Below the pieces are notes generated by a model, which did not search any database, was not told the DNA's origin, and saw nothing but the letters and a program-made list of their open reading frames with translations. The position numbers and the translations under genes were made by a program. A DNA stretch of 64,000 nt from Chiloscyllium plagiosum (Eukaryota), in contig NC_057751.1 of assembly GCF_004010195.1 (NCBI RefSeq), forward strand, positions 9,183,611 through 9,247,610. The letters are read 5' to 3'. How positions within the stretch are numbered: the stretch's first letter is position 1; each line of letters begins with the position of its first letter. Below, in pieces: positions 51,612 through 64,000 of the stretch.

Positions 51612-52040
51612 ACCTGGATGAACTGTCTTATGAGGGGTGCTTGAGTAGATTGGGCCTGTAATCTTTAGAAGAACAAAAGGCGACTTTATTGAAACATTGA
51701 GCATTGTTAGAAGACTTGACAGGGTTGATGTAGAAAAGTTTCTCCCCCTTGTCAGAGAGTCTAGGACCAGAGGGGCATGATATCAAAATAAAGTATCACC
51801 TATTTAAGACAGAGGAGGAATTTCTTCTCTCAGAGGTTAGAGAATCTATGGAATTGTTCATTGCAGAGAGATGGGTCACTGATTATATTGAAGGTTCAGA
51901 CTGACAGATTTTTAATCAGGTTTTGGGGAAAAGCCAGGAAAACAGAGTTAAGGATTAGCAGTTCAGCCATGGTCTCATTGATTGGCAGAGCATTCTCAAT
52001 AGGCCGAATGGCCTACTTCTATTACTTTGTCTTTTGTTCT
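51612..52040 (+). mobile_element. CR1 3' end
   Basis: LSYE...LGL...GDFIET; tail aggccgaatggcctacttct. Confidence 0.75.
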
Positions 52041-54659
52041 TAATTCAACACTTCTTGTGATTGATTACAACAAGATTAGTTTAAAAAGAAGCCTTTCCTT
52101 CATAAAAAATGTTTCTGATGCAAAAGGTATTTTTTGGTTTGAAGAGAGTTAAATTAGCAAGCTTTCTTCAGAATAAAGGTGAATTTATTCTCCACTAACC
52201 ACAAGAAAAAAATAAAATGTAATACATATACACATCCAAGAAGTACGAATTGGACAAAATATCCAATGCAGAGGATGCAGTTAGTTTTCAATGCTTTTTT
52301 TTGTACTCCAAGAAGGTAAAATACAAACTTGGCATTTGTCTTTGTCATTTCCACATTTTGACTGATTTCAATGGCACACAGCCAAGAAGATGGCTTTCCT
52401 GCAGGTAGGAGTAATTGTGCTTTGTATCTCTTACTTTACAATTTGTATTTTACGTTTCCCTGAGAACCCCTGGTGTGACATTTCATCAGTTCAAACAGGG
52501 TCTTTCAGCAGTTAATGATTTCATTCTCAGGATTTACATTTGTTCAAAACACATGCCATGTTCAAAACTCAAATATGTCTGTAAACAATTCAGGGTTATG
52601 ATCTGCTGTCATGACATCTGTAAGCGATGTATGGATTTTGGAAGGGAAAATCAGCAGCTGAGTTACTTACTGCAAAATTCCTTACCTTTGGGGAATTATG
52701 GTCCCATGTAATTACACATTCATATACTTCAAATGAAGAATGAATACTCAAATGTCCCCAAGTGAAGGACAGTGCATTTTTGCAATGTCCTGGCTGAAAG
52801 TGGTAGCTTACCAAAAACATTAAAAATAGATTAACAAACTGTTCACCTCTGCTATTTATCAAACATTACAAAGGACAAAATTGATACATCTGCCCACATG
52901 ACAAGATAAACAAATGTCAAAGGAATGCACTGTCTGCTAGGCACCTTTTTTGGCATGCTGGACTTGTAGTACTAATAGGTGACTGCGCATCTCTGCTTAT
53001 TCACTACATGATAAAAGAACAAAGTCAAAAAGAGTCAAAATTCCAATTTTTGGTCACTGTTCATTGTCACCTAATGGAGGATTGATTCTCTGTGATTCCT
53101 CTTATAGTTGAATAGCAAATGAGAACTTATGATCCCGATTTCATAATTGCCACTTAGATGAAATGCAAAAGGCTGCCATTGTAGGAAGAATTGACTCCCA
53201 GCAATAGTCAGTGTCTTTGGGAGATGATAAAGCAGAAAATTAAAAGAAAATACAACCATGAAGAAAAAAGATTCAAAGAGCGGTCCTTCAGAAACAACAC
53301 ATAGGCATTCAGCACATATTAATTTCAAGACACAGTGCCTGGGTATTGAATCACTACATTTCCTGATCTGTGGGATTAGCAGTTTTAATAAGATTTATTG
53401 ATTTTGCTAAATTCATTCAATTGTAAAGCTCAAGACTGCTTTTTTTTCCAGGCAACCCCCATGAGTATATCACAGCTGCAAAGTAGAGGTCTGATTTTAA
53501 CCTTGCGCCATGTTCACATTCCATTTGGTTGACAATAATTTTATTCAGGAGGAAGGCCTTGTCGTTTCCAATTGGGGCCTGAACTCACTGAGGTAGTATA
53601 AGTAGGCCGAAGGCTTCTGCACTTACAAACTGTAACACTTATATTTGTAGTAAAAGCATCATTTTTTTCCCCTTGACCAGGATACTAAAAGGACTTGATC
53701 ATAGCAACAGCTTGGTAATAAATCACTTGAATCCAGGTGACAATTTATGGCACAAATTTAGTGTTCAATAAAAGAACAGACGCTACCTTTCAACACTCAG
53801 CTGACCTGGGCTAATTGACCCCAGCATGGTCTTGTCATTAATCATGTTGGCACAGGGCAAGCTTAAGGCTTACATCATCAACTTACAAAGTAAATAAAAT
53901 ACAAGGGAAAACTGGACAAACCATTCCTATGTGTTTTACAGATATGGCAATTTCTTTGTGCACATTATTCAAATAATAATTCAAAGCAGTTCCATTTTAA
54001 ACAAAAGGGACAGTGTCGGTGATTTTGGCTTTGAAATAATGGCATGGGAATCAAGTGTCATAGAGGCCTTCAGCGCAGAAAAAGGCCCTTCGGCCCATTG
54101 AGTCTGCACCAGTCAAAACAAACTACTTCACAATTCTAATCCCATTGTCAAGCACTTGCCCATAGCCTTATACACTTTGCATATAAATTCATCAGCTGCT
54201 TCACGACTCTTTATTTACTGGAGGTATTATTTTAAAAGTGTCAATGTCTCCTCTGTAACACCAGAGTTTCAGAAAAACACTGTAATATTTCTGGCCAGTT
54301 GTGCAGGTAGGCATCCCATCTCATCCACAATCAAGGGTAACCAGAATCAGGTTTATTATTTAAAAATAAAATGGAAAAATAGGGTTGAACATTATTACAG
54401 TCTGGAAAATTGAACATTATCCATTTGAGGCATCAAGCAATCATAAGTAAGATGCCACATGGTTGCAGTGCAGAACAAAACTCATTGGCTCACTAAGCTC
54501 AATACCCACGCCATATCTCATAGGAATAGAGGAAGGTACTAAGGAACTTTGGATTATGTCACAAAATAATCTGCAGCTCGAGTCCATCTGCCTGCGATGC
54601 TTCGGGAAACCTTAGTATGCATGGCATTTTGAAATTTTCAATTGATGCACTGTCTGAGG

Positions 54660-55770
54660 CATGCAATTAAGTTGACAGAAGAAGGTTTCAGCTCATGAAA
54701 TCAAAGGGACAATAGCAACATGGATATAAAATTGGCTGAGGAAAATGAAACAGAAAGGTCAATGGGTATCTTTTCAGACTTGAGGAAGGCTTATAGTGGA
54801 GTTGCCCAGGGATCCTTCCTTTTTCTGAACATTGGTACATATAAGTGATCGAGATGTTGGTGTGAAGGGGACCATTTCAAAGCTTGAGAATGTTTTAAAA
54901 CTTGGGAGTACTGTGAAGTGTGACAAGGACACTGCAGAAATTCAAAAGGACATTGAAAATTGGTGGAGGAGGTGGCAGATTAAGGTCGACTAGGAGATGT
55001 GTTAGGCGACACATTTTGGACAGAAGGCTTAGAGAGAAAGTATACATCAGGGATACTATTCTCAAGGCTGTGCAGAAGCCAAGAAATATGGGTAAATGTG
55101 TACATCGCCATTCAAGATTTAGGATAGGAAGAGAGAACATTCACGAGAGCATACAGCATTCTTGGCTTCATTAATCAGGCCACAGAGTATACAAGCAAGG
55201 AGATTTGATTGAATTCAAATGGGATGCAAGTTAGACATCAACTGGGAAAGGTTGTACAATAGGGGTGCCACACATTAAAAAGGATGTGAATACGCTGGAG
55301 AGATTGCAGAAGAGGTTACTATAAAGGTTCGAGGGATGAGAAATTTGAATTATGAAGATAGAATGGAATAGTGAGGACGTTTAACTTGGAGAGGAGACAG
55401 CTAAGATGCAAGTTTACAGAATTATCAAGAATCCAGAGAGTGTAAATGGGGACAAAGTGGTGCTGTTCAAAAGGGTGTCCAGCATCAATACGGCAGAGAT
55501 TTAAAGTGATTTGCAAAAGAAGCATATGCGTGGTGAGCAAAAGCTGTCAACAGCAAGTAACAAGGCTGTGGATTGCACCACCTGAATGTGTAAAGGTGGA
55601 TTCAATTGAAACATTCAAGATTGCAATAGGTGATTGGTTGAACAGAGATAAAGTGCAAGGTTATCTGGAAAAGGCAGGAGATTTGCACTCACTCACAATA
55701 TTCCAAGAGCCACCATGCAGACATGATGGTATGAACGCCTTCCATCTGCACCATAAAAGTTCTATGATTC
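54660..55770 (+). mobile_element. Old decayed CR1 3' half
   Basis: WIKNWL-like, SGVAQGS, LERLQKRL remnants. Confidence 0.7.
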
Positions 55771-56043
55771 AAGAGCAGAATCAGCAAAAACATAGATTTA
55801 AGATAGTGGAAATCTTCACTATTTTTGCTTTCAAGCATTCCCAGGACTAGATTCAATGTCAATATTAATCACATGATACCAAAATTTTCTCTCAACCTAA
55901 TCAATCTCGTGCCCCAATTTGAATGATTATAGCAACTTTACTATTTCCAGTTCTCGGTATTTGATAGGTCTCCAGATATTTGTTGCCCATTGCTAATTAG
56001 CCCAATGGGACATGTAATGCTTTTTCAAAGGACATTTAAGAGT

Positions 56044-56244
56044 TAGCAGGTTTTGAGAAGATTTGTAGCTCAGGTTGAGGTTCTGGATGTAGGTTTGCTT
56101 GCTGAGCTGGAAGGTTCATTTTCAGACATTTTGTCACCATACAGGGTAACAGCTTCGTCCGGAGGCCCACTGAAGATGTCACCTAATATGGTGACGAAAC
56201 GTCTGAAAATGAACCTTCCAGCTCAGCGAGCAAACCTACATCCA
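56044..56244. mobile_element. Fold-back PLE terminal insertion (third family) inside a SINE
   Basis: Perfect 13 bp TSD gacatttaagagt at 56031-56043 and 56245-56257; inverted arms; shares gagaagatttgtagct with the insertion at 24848. Confidence 0.88.
56170..56203 (+). ncRNA. Hammerhead ribozyme core with perfect 6 bp stem II
   Basis: CA-CUGAAGA-U-GUCACC(UAAUAU)GGUGAC-GAAACGUC-UG. Confidence 0.82.
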
Positions 56245-56689
56245 GACATTTAAGAGTCATCACATTACTGAGAGACCAGAGTCATATGTAAGCCAAACCA
56301 GATAAGCTAGGTACATTGACCTTCCCTGAAGTAAATGAGCAAACTGGATGGGTTTTTATGGCACTCATGTTTCCTGGCATTAAAATGGAGATAAACTTTA
56401 TATTCCAGAATTACTGTTAATTTAATCCAAATTCCACCAGCAACCAGGGTGAAATTTGAACCAGTATCCTCAAAACATGAGTCTCAGGCCTTTGAATTAC
56501 TTGAGCACTGGCATGATCACTGCTACTGTCACCTCTTGAATAAATGAAGGTAACATAGCACTGTGAAGTGCCACCCACAACAAATGGAGCTATCTTACCA
56601 ATGGAAAAGTTCTTTTTCTAAAACAAAACACAAGTGCTACATAATAATCCACGGGGGAAAGAGAGGAGGAAATAAGCATCATAATTATC

Positions 56690-57905
56690 CCTGGACAAAA
56701 AGTACAAGGGAGAGTAATAGGTTTAAAGGCCAAGACAGCCCCTGCACCTGATGGGTTGCATGCTTGTATTTGAAAAGAAATAGTGGCTGAAATAGTGGAT
56801 GTATTGGTTGTAATTTTCCAAGAATGCTTGTACTCCAGAAAAGTCCCAGAGGACTGGAAAACTGCCAACATAACACTTATATTTAGAAAGGAAAGGAGAC
56901 AAACAACAGTTAAGTATAGACCAGTTAGTTTAACATCTACTCTTGGGAAAATGGTCGTCAATTATAAAGCATGAATAGCAGAGCATTTAGAAATACATAA
57001 TTTGATCAGGAAAAGTCAGCATGAAGGAGAAATTGTGTTTAATTTATTATAATTCTGTGAAGAGGTCACAAGCAAGATAAAGGGGAAATTGAGGATGTAG
57101 TCCATTTCGATTTACAGAAGGTGTTCAATAAGATACCGCAAGTTCAGATTCTTGATTAGAGCCGATGTTGTTGGAAATAGTGTATGCGCATAGATCCCAG
57201 GTATGGAAGACGTTCTTAGGAGGAAACATTATGTTGGCAGGAAAATGAACCTTACTGAAACATTGTAAGATACTTATAGGGCTTTTTCCTATTCATTCAG
57301 GGATATAGGCATCACTGGTTAATCCAGCATTTTCACCCATCCCTAACTGGCAGATTGTAGTTAAGAGTCAACCACTTTGCATCTGCAGTCACATGTACAC
57401 CAGAGCAGATACTAGTGATCTACAGGGTTTTATCTGACACTGAAAAACAATATTATGGTCATTGTTAGACTCTTAATTCCAGATTCCGTTGAATTTCACC
57501 ATCTCCTAAGGCAGGATTCCTAGGTCCTTGGAATATTACCTGTGTCTGGATTAATTGTCAAACGATACCACCAAGCCATCACCTCCCCGGTATAACAGTG
57601 TAGATGCAGAGATGGTGTTTCCCCTTGTGGGACAGTTTTGGATGAGAAGGCATAATCTCAGAGTGAGAGGATGTCTATTTTAAAGAGGGATGGAGAAATT
57701 TTCTCCTATGAGTAGGTACTGAATCTGTAGAATTCTTTAGAACCTAGGGTAGTCGAGGCTGGGTCATGATGTATATTCAAGGCTGTGACAGAGCGATTTC
57801 TATTCATGGGAAATAGGTAATGGGCAGGCAAGTGGAGTCGAGCATTTTAAAATCAGCCATGACCTCAGTAAATGTTAGAGTCGACTCACTGGGCCGAATG
57901 ATGTC
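56690..57905 (+). mobile_element. Decayed CR1 RT and 3' end, interrupted by a SINE at ~57290-57588
   Basis: KVPEDWKTANITLIFRK...YRPVSLTS; DLQKVFNKIP. Confidence 0.8.
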
Positions 57906-58914
57906 ATTACGCCACAGCCAGCTAAGTTCAGTTTCATGATTCTGCTGATTCAGCACCTTCCTCACAAATACAAGCCACAGTCTTCATTGTTTAGAGTTCC
58001 AGGGGGGAAACCTCTCAGCTTGGGTCCAAGGTTACATTGTTGGCAAAAGTGAAAATTGCTGCTAATTTGGGAACTTGAGACAAAAAAATTCAGGCTCCCT
58101 TCCCTGAATCTGGAAAGATATTTCCTGCCCACTGATTGTTTTGCTGTGTTGAAATTCCATGTTGTTCACCTCGGAAAATCCTAACCGTACATACATTTCT
58201 AACAAAGAAATTAGACTTAACAGAAATTGCGGTCCTTTTTCTGTCTGTCTTCTAATTCATCACTATAACTCTCCAGAGGAATACATTTCAGCATGGCTAT
58301 CTGAATTCCTCAAATGAAAGGAGCAAAGGCTCCTCTGATAGTCAGTCTTTATCAATGGGTGTGGTGATGAGTTATTAATACACAATGTGATATTGATCTA
58401 TCAGTGAATGAACAGATCTCAGCTGGCATGGTGGTCTCGATGTTACAATTACGCTTAACCTGGCTTCAGAATTGGGACATCAGCTGGGATGCTGCTCCTG
58501 TTTTTATCAGGTGAAAGTATGTGGGTCTTTGGACTGCCAATTAAACTGTACACTGATGGAAAATAGGGGCAAAGGGAACAAAAACTGCAAGGGAAAAAGT
58601 AATATTTGCTTTCAAAGTCACAGTGGTGCTTGTATTTGACTGAATTTGCCTGTCTTTTCTATTTCCAACCCTCTAGCTTCTTTTATCTTCAGTGATCCTG
58701 AGGTTAGTTTTATGGCTAAAATTTCCTAATGTCCCCAACTGCTTTTTTTCTATTTTGTTCCTTCATCATGGCTGTTATTGCTATATTCAGTCCCCAGGAG
58801 ACTCAGCAATGCAGACACAACAGCACACTCTAACATGACTTGTCCCTCACTGACTCAATTTAGGCAAAGCTGTCATTCAGCTTCAAATGTAGTCAGAAAC
58901 AAAAACAAAATCGA

Positions 58915-59012
58915 ATCCAAGGTAGACAAGCAGGAGGCTTGAAGAACACAGCATGCCAGGCAGCATCAGGTGGTGGACAAGTAATGTTTCGTGTGTGACC
59001 CTTCTTCAGAAT
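58915..59012 (-). mobile_element. ~95 bp PLE terminus with hammerhead-like core (58983-59009)
   Basis: Reverse complement ctgaaga-a-gggtcacacac-gaaacatt...gatgctgcctggcatgctgtgttctt. Confidence 0.7.
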
Positions 59013-59229
59013 GACTCACATCATGAACTGAATGTTGCAAAGTTTAAACTTAAACACGATTCAAACTGCCTCACTGAATTTACCTGAAATTCTTTATTAC
59101 CCATAAGATTGTAACTGCATAGCACAATGATATACTAGGGTACAGAGTAAGCAAAAGTACAATTGTAACCACATATTATAATATATGCAGTATTTCTCAA
59201 CAGATTACTAATTACAATGCATTTGGCTG

Positions 59230-60565
59230 ATAGGATCCCATGGATTCTTGGATAAATATTGAATTGGATATTTATTGGATAAATTTCACAGTTCATTCCA
59301 TTTTCGTGCCTTTTCTCCATTACCCCAATTGAGTTTGTGATTAAAAATCTATTTCAACCTTGAATATACTTGATAACTCAGACTCAACAACCCCCTCCTT
59401 GGTCAACATTTCCACAGATTCAGGACGCTTTGCAAAAAGAAGTTCCTTCTCATCAGTCTTACGTCGGTGACCAACCCCTCAGAAATTATGCCCTCGGGTT
59501 CTAGATTCTCCTTGAAGGGGAAACAATCTATCCTATCAAGTCCTGAAACATCTTCTATGATTCGAAAAGGTAACATCTCACGCTACAGAACTCCGATTTC
59601 TCCATGCCTGGGATTAACCTGGACAATCTTCTCTTGATTGCATTGGACACCAATATATTTTTCTTTAGATAAGGTGACCAAAACTGTTCACACTATCCTA
59701 AGTATGGTTTACACCTTGTCTAGTTTTCACAAAATTTCCTTATTTTTATAATCTATTTCCTTGGAAATAAAGACCAATATTCCATTTGCCTGCTCTATGA
59801 CGTAATGAACTTGGAAGCTAACATTTCCCAATTTATGCACAAGACCCCCAAATCCCTGTGCTGCTGATTTCTGCAGCCGGTTTTTCCCTTTAACTAATGT
59901 TCAGTTCCCCTATTCCTCCTGTCAACCTTTTTCACCGTATTATATTCCAAATGCCAAGATTTTGCCAACTTAGTTAATCTATCTGTATCACTCTGTCGAT
60001 TCTGTTAACCTCACAAGTTGCCTTGCAATTACATTTGAATTATCTGCCAAGTTGGCAACAGTACATGCAGTTCTCTACTCCAAGTCATGAGTCTATGTTG
60101 TAAATAATGGCGACCACAGCACTCAAGCCTGTGACACACCATGAGTTGCAGTTTGCCATTCTGGAAATATCCTTACCCCAAATCTGTGCCTTCTGTCAGT
60201 TAGCCAATCCTCTTCCCATGCTCATATACTATCTACAATGCAATGGGCTCTAGTCTTTTCAAGTCATATACCTTAATGAAACATCATGAAAACACAAATA
60301 TATTACATTCGCTGGTGATACATGATTTGCCCTGCTTTTTACCTCTTCAAAAGAATTCTAATAAACTTGATAAGAATGATTTCCCCTTCAGGAAGTTTGT
60401 TGACTTTGCTTGGTTATATCGTGCATTTCTGTTACATACTTTATAATAGATTATAACGCATTTCAATTACAGATCTCAAACTAACTGGTATATAGTTACT
60501 TGGCTTTTGTCTGCTTCCCTTTTTGAATAAAAGTGTTACTTTCATAGTTTTCAATGTTGGGACAT
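59230..60565 (-). mobile_element. Old decayed CR1
   Basis: Reverse complement contains NYIPVSL, GKSFLSSLLEFFEEV and EQFWSPYL remnants. Confidence 0.75.
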
Positions 60566-61545
60566 TGCAGGAAGGCAGTGTTTGCCAACTGGTTACTACG
60601 CATCTATTCATTACGAATGCATGGTTCTAAGAACTGACATTATCGCGTGCACTTTACATGTGACATCATGCACAAGTGTATTATTGCTTGTGCATAGAGA
60701 AGTGTATGCACAAGTGTGAACTAGGCTTCAGTGGTGGGAGGAGATGCCATATTACAGGATGGGGTAGGGGGAAAACCCAGAGGTGAGACAGGAAGAGGGC
60801 CAGGCAAATGCAGCTGTCCTTGCTGTCCATCTTGATATTACTTTCATGTTTACCCTCAAAATTCATTTCCCCCTCTTACTTGTTTCTTTGGTCATCTTTT
60901 GTGGGTTTTAAAATGTTCCCAATCATCTAGCTTCCACAGATCCTTCTCACACTCAATGCTTAATCTTCTATTTTTTAAAATATTACTCTCCATTTGTTTT
61001 TTGTTTCTCTATGCCAATAAATATCTTTAGAAGTCAGTGTTTGCCTGGTTAGCCCTTCCCCCATTCTCTGTTCAACTTTTTCCAGTGTGCCTTTACTTTT
61101 TCGTATCTCATTTTATTCCCCCAAAACCTTAGGCACACAGAGCAGAGATACCTGCTGGTACAACCATATGGCAGTCTGGTTGACTGCTGGCTTTGGTGTG
61201 CCCCAGATAAATGCAACTGACAAACTCCCGGGTAACAAAGTAATTGATGCCTGTGCTCACAGCTTCCCGCTCAGGTCCAAATCAGAGACAAAACATTGAC
61301 ACGACCATAACAGATCTCATCGTATAGTATTGTATTAGCCAGACTTGTTCCTGAATCATTTGGTCAGTGTTGCTGAATTCAGCCACTTTGATTTTTTGTT
61401 CAATCTGAGCTCTGAGGCAATAATTTCCAAGTCTTTGATATGCTTTACGTTTCATTCTGTTATCATTGTTATATGGGTTAGTGTTTCTTTTACCATCTGA
61501 CCTTAAACTCCTTTTCCAGAACCTCAAGGCCATGGAATCCCTTAC

Positions 61546-61645
61546 CTTGGCTCAACGATCGTTTCCTCTTCCAAATGTCATCAGCAGTTTCAAACATAAT
61601 ATCATCAGCTTTGGTGCAACTAGACTGAAAGGAGTCATAGAAGAC
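61546..61645 (-). other. Candidate 100 nt coding exon, product unidentified
   Basis: Acceptor ccttactttacag and donor AAG|gtaagg; only one open frame, VFYDSFQSSCTKADDIMFETADDIWKRKRSLSQ. Confidence 0.35.
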
Positions 61646-62245
61646 CTGTAAAGTAAGGTTCAGGATAAATATCCTGCTTCAACATGATTTTTCATACATT
61701 AGCAAAGACGTTTTCTGAAACAAAATTTGACTGCTCTGTTACCTCTTCACTATTTGTCACATTTGCCATTTTGGAATACCAGGAGCTGGGAAATCCTACA
61801 ACACACTGCAGTAAACCATATTTCATCAAAATGGTCCTCATTGACACAGATTAGATCAAACACTTTGTTCAGAGTAAATATATTAGTGTCCCACGAAGGG
61901 ACTTGATGAAAATCCACTTTGGGTGATTGTCATCATTTGCCTCACAAGAATTATGTTATGTAAAGCAGATGAAGTCATGTGAAATATCAATTCATACAAA
62001 ATAATTTCACGCAACCGTGTTCAGACAGCTACTAACCATTCAAAGCACAGTCAGAAAATATCAAACATGGATTATGAAATAGGTCAGAGGAGAATAAAAA
62101 CAGTGAGCAACTACATCGACAATACGCAGAAACCTTGAAAGAGAAAAAAGTAGATCTATCGAATTATAGTGAAAATCTTTAAATTAGAATTTTAATCCCT
62201 TTTGTAATGTATAAAATATAGCAACAAATTTATGGACAGCAAGCA

Positions 62246-62340
62246 GTCCTGATGAAGACTTAAGTCGAAAAGTCAACTCTCTTGCTTCTCAGATGCTGCC
62301 GTACATGCTGTGCTTTTACCAGTGCTACACTTATTATTGG
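62246..62340 (+). mobile_element. ~90 bp PLE terminus with hammerhead core (62249-62274)
   Basis: CUGAUGA-A-GAC(UUAA)GUC-GAAAAGUC followed by gatgctgcc...tgctgtgctttt. Confidence 0.75.
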
Positions 62341-63167
62341 TGCTGATAGCCACAGACTGAAATGGTAGACTTCTCGCCAAACAACCAACATCTGTTGTTC
62401 AATAACATACAAAAAGCCCAGTTGTAGGCAAAACCTTGCCATCAAAGACCTGCTTTCCCGCCAGAAATGGCAATTACTGGCCCTTTGAGAAGTGAAGTCT
62501 CAAGTTTGCTCATCTTCTAGCTTTAACACTGATCCTCCAGCCCTGCCTTTTCCACAATTTGCATTGTACATAATTGGTAAAAGATTTATATATTCCTACA
62601 TGTCATGATTAGAAAGCTTTTGCATCCACAGAATGATAATAAGGAGTGTTGTGAAGAATGAATAAGCTTGCATGTAGTGCATAAACACTACAGAGGAAGG
62701 TAATCTGACAACAGAAATCTCAGTTCAATGCTTGTTCGTGCCAGGTTTTTTGATGTACATGATATTTATTTTGTGCTGTGCTTGAATTTATTTTTGCCAG
62801 CACAATAAGATATCCTTTTTGTTTAGAATATAAAGGTGAGAAATTATTGATGGTGATAATAGCAAATCAATACTTAACATGTCTAAGTGAGACTCATGTT
62901 GTCACTCCATTGAATTTATTTCAAAGGTGTGCAAGAACAGAGTTAAATGTATTTGCTGTCTTGAAGCAAATCTTTTTTATGTTCCAGATTTCAAAACAAA
63001 TGTTGGAAAAGCATTGCAGATCAATCTATATCTAAAATTAAATGGTACAAATAGCAGATTGTTTGAGTTTGAATGTTTTTCAGAGCCCAGAGGAAAAATA
63101 GAAAATGCTTGAAATGCTCATTGGTATAAAATTCTGAAATGTGGTCAGTGCTATCATGTAGCACACA

Positions 63168-64000
63168 GAGATGACACCAAAATCGGAGGTGTAGTGGACA
63201 GTTAAGGAGGTTACCTCAGAGTTCCACAGGATCTTGATCAGAAGGGGTTTAGATTAGAGTGGTGCTGGAAAAGCACAGCAGGTCAGGCAGCATCCGAGGA
63301 GCAGGAGAATCAATGTTTCGGGCAAAAGCCCTTCATCAGGATCCTGATGAAGGGCTTTTATCCGAAATGTCAATTTTCCTGCTCCTCGAATGCTGTCTGA
63401 CCTGCTGTGCTTTTCCAGCACCACTCTGATCTAAACTCTGGTTTCCAGCATCTGCAGTCCTCACTTTTGCCTTCTTGATCAGAAGGGCCAATGGGCCGAG
63501 GAGTGGCAGATGGAGTTTAATGTAGATAAACATGAGGTGTTGCATTTTGGAAAAGCAAATCAGGGTAGGACTTATACATTAATGGTAAGGTCCTAGGGAA
63601 TGTTGCTGAACAAATACATCTTGGAGAGCAGGTTCATTGTTTTTTGAAAGTGGAGTTGCAGGTGGACAGGATAGTGAAGGCAGCATCTGATATGCTTTCC
63701 CTTACTGGTCAGAGCAGCGAGTATAAGAGTTGGAAGGTCATGTTGTGACTGTGTAGGACATTAGTTAGACCACTTTTTGAATAGTGTGCACAATTCTAGT
63801 CTCACTCCTATTGGAAGGATGGTGAAAAACTTGAAAGGATCCAGAAAAGATTTAAAAGGATGTTGCCAGGAGTGAAAGGTTTGAACAAAGGAAGAGGCTG
63901 AATAGGCTGGGGCTGTTTTTCTTGTAGTGTTGGAAGCTGAGGTTTATAAAATCATGAGGGACATGGATAGGGTAATAGACAAGGTCTTTTCTCTGGGGTG
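63168..64000 (+). mobile_element. CR1 3' half (runs off the window) interrupted by a PLE fold-back
   Basis: DDTKIGG, WAEEWQMEFN, LERIQKRFKRMLPG. Confidence 0.9.
63247..63472. mobile_element. Spacer-less palindromic pair of PLE termini with two back-to-back hammerhead cores
   Basis: Centre cttcatcaggatcctgatgaag; perfect 15 bp TSD tcttgatcagaaggg at 63232-63246 and 63473-63487. Confidence 0.93.

Noticed and set aside
52154..53328. Exon-like minus-strand segments at ~52154-52400 and ~53071-53216
   Set aside because: Polypyrimidine acceptors are present but there is no consistent frame, donor or recognisable protein.
1..64000. Most short ORFs in the supplied track as real genes
   Set aside because: They are antisense or frameshifted pieces of CR1, L1, PLE or SINE repeats, or random frames opened at TTG/GTG starts in eukaryotic DNA.

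Overview
This is eukaryotic, repeat-dense DNA from a cartilaginous fish. HE1-type V-SINEs and CR1 LINEs point to a shark; the taxon is inferred. I found no intact, recognisable host gene, and nearly all listed ORFs are transposon fragments or noise. The window holds about 15 decayed CR1 LINE copies from several families, one full-length L1-clade LINE with a candidate TSD (1448-9029, minus strand) carrying nested insertions, a Rex1/Babar LINE, a decayed Gypsy gag-pol, a solo LTR and three tRNA-headed SINE families. It also holds many Penelope-like (PLE, GIY-YIG) pieces. The most striking signal, which the ORF track does not show, is about 18 copies (including partial ones) of a minimal hammerhead ribozyme core, CUGANGA-N-stem II-GAAAC-GUC, with several different but still base-paired stem II sequences. 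They sit in ~95-100 bp TSD-flanked mini-insertions and in 200-490 bp fold-back insertions. Other oddities are a cleanly 5'-inverted CR1, a near-perfect 292 bp inverted duplication, a YADD-containing hairpin inside the L1, and a few weak candidate host exons. All alignments were done by eye; no database searches were run.
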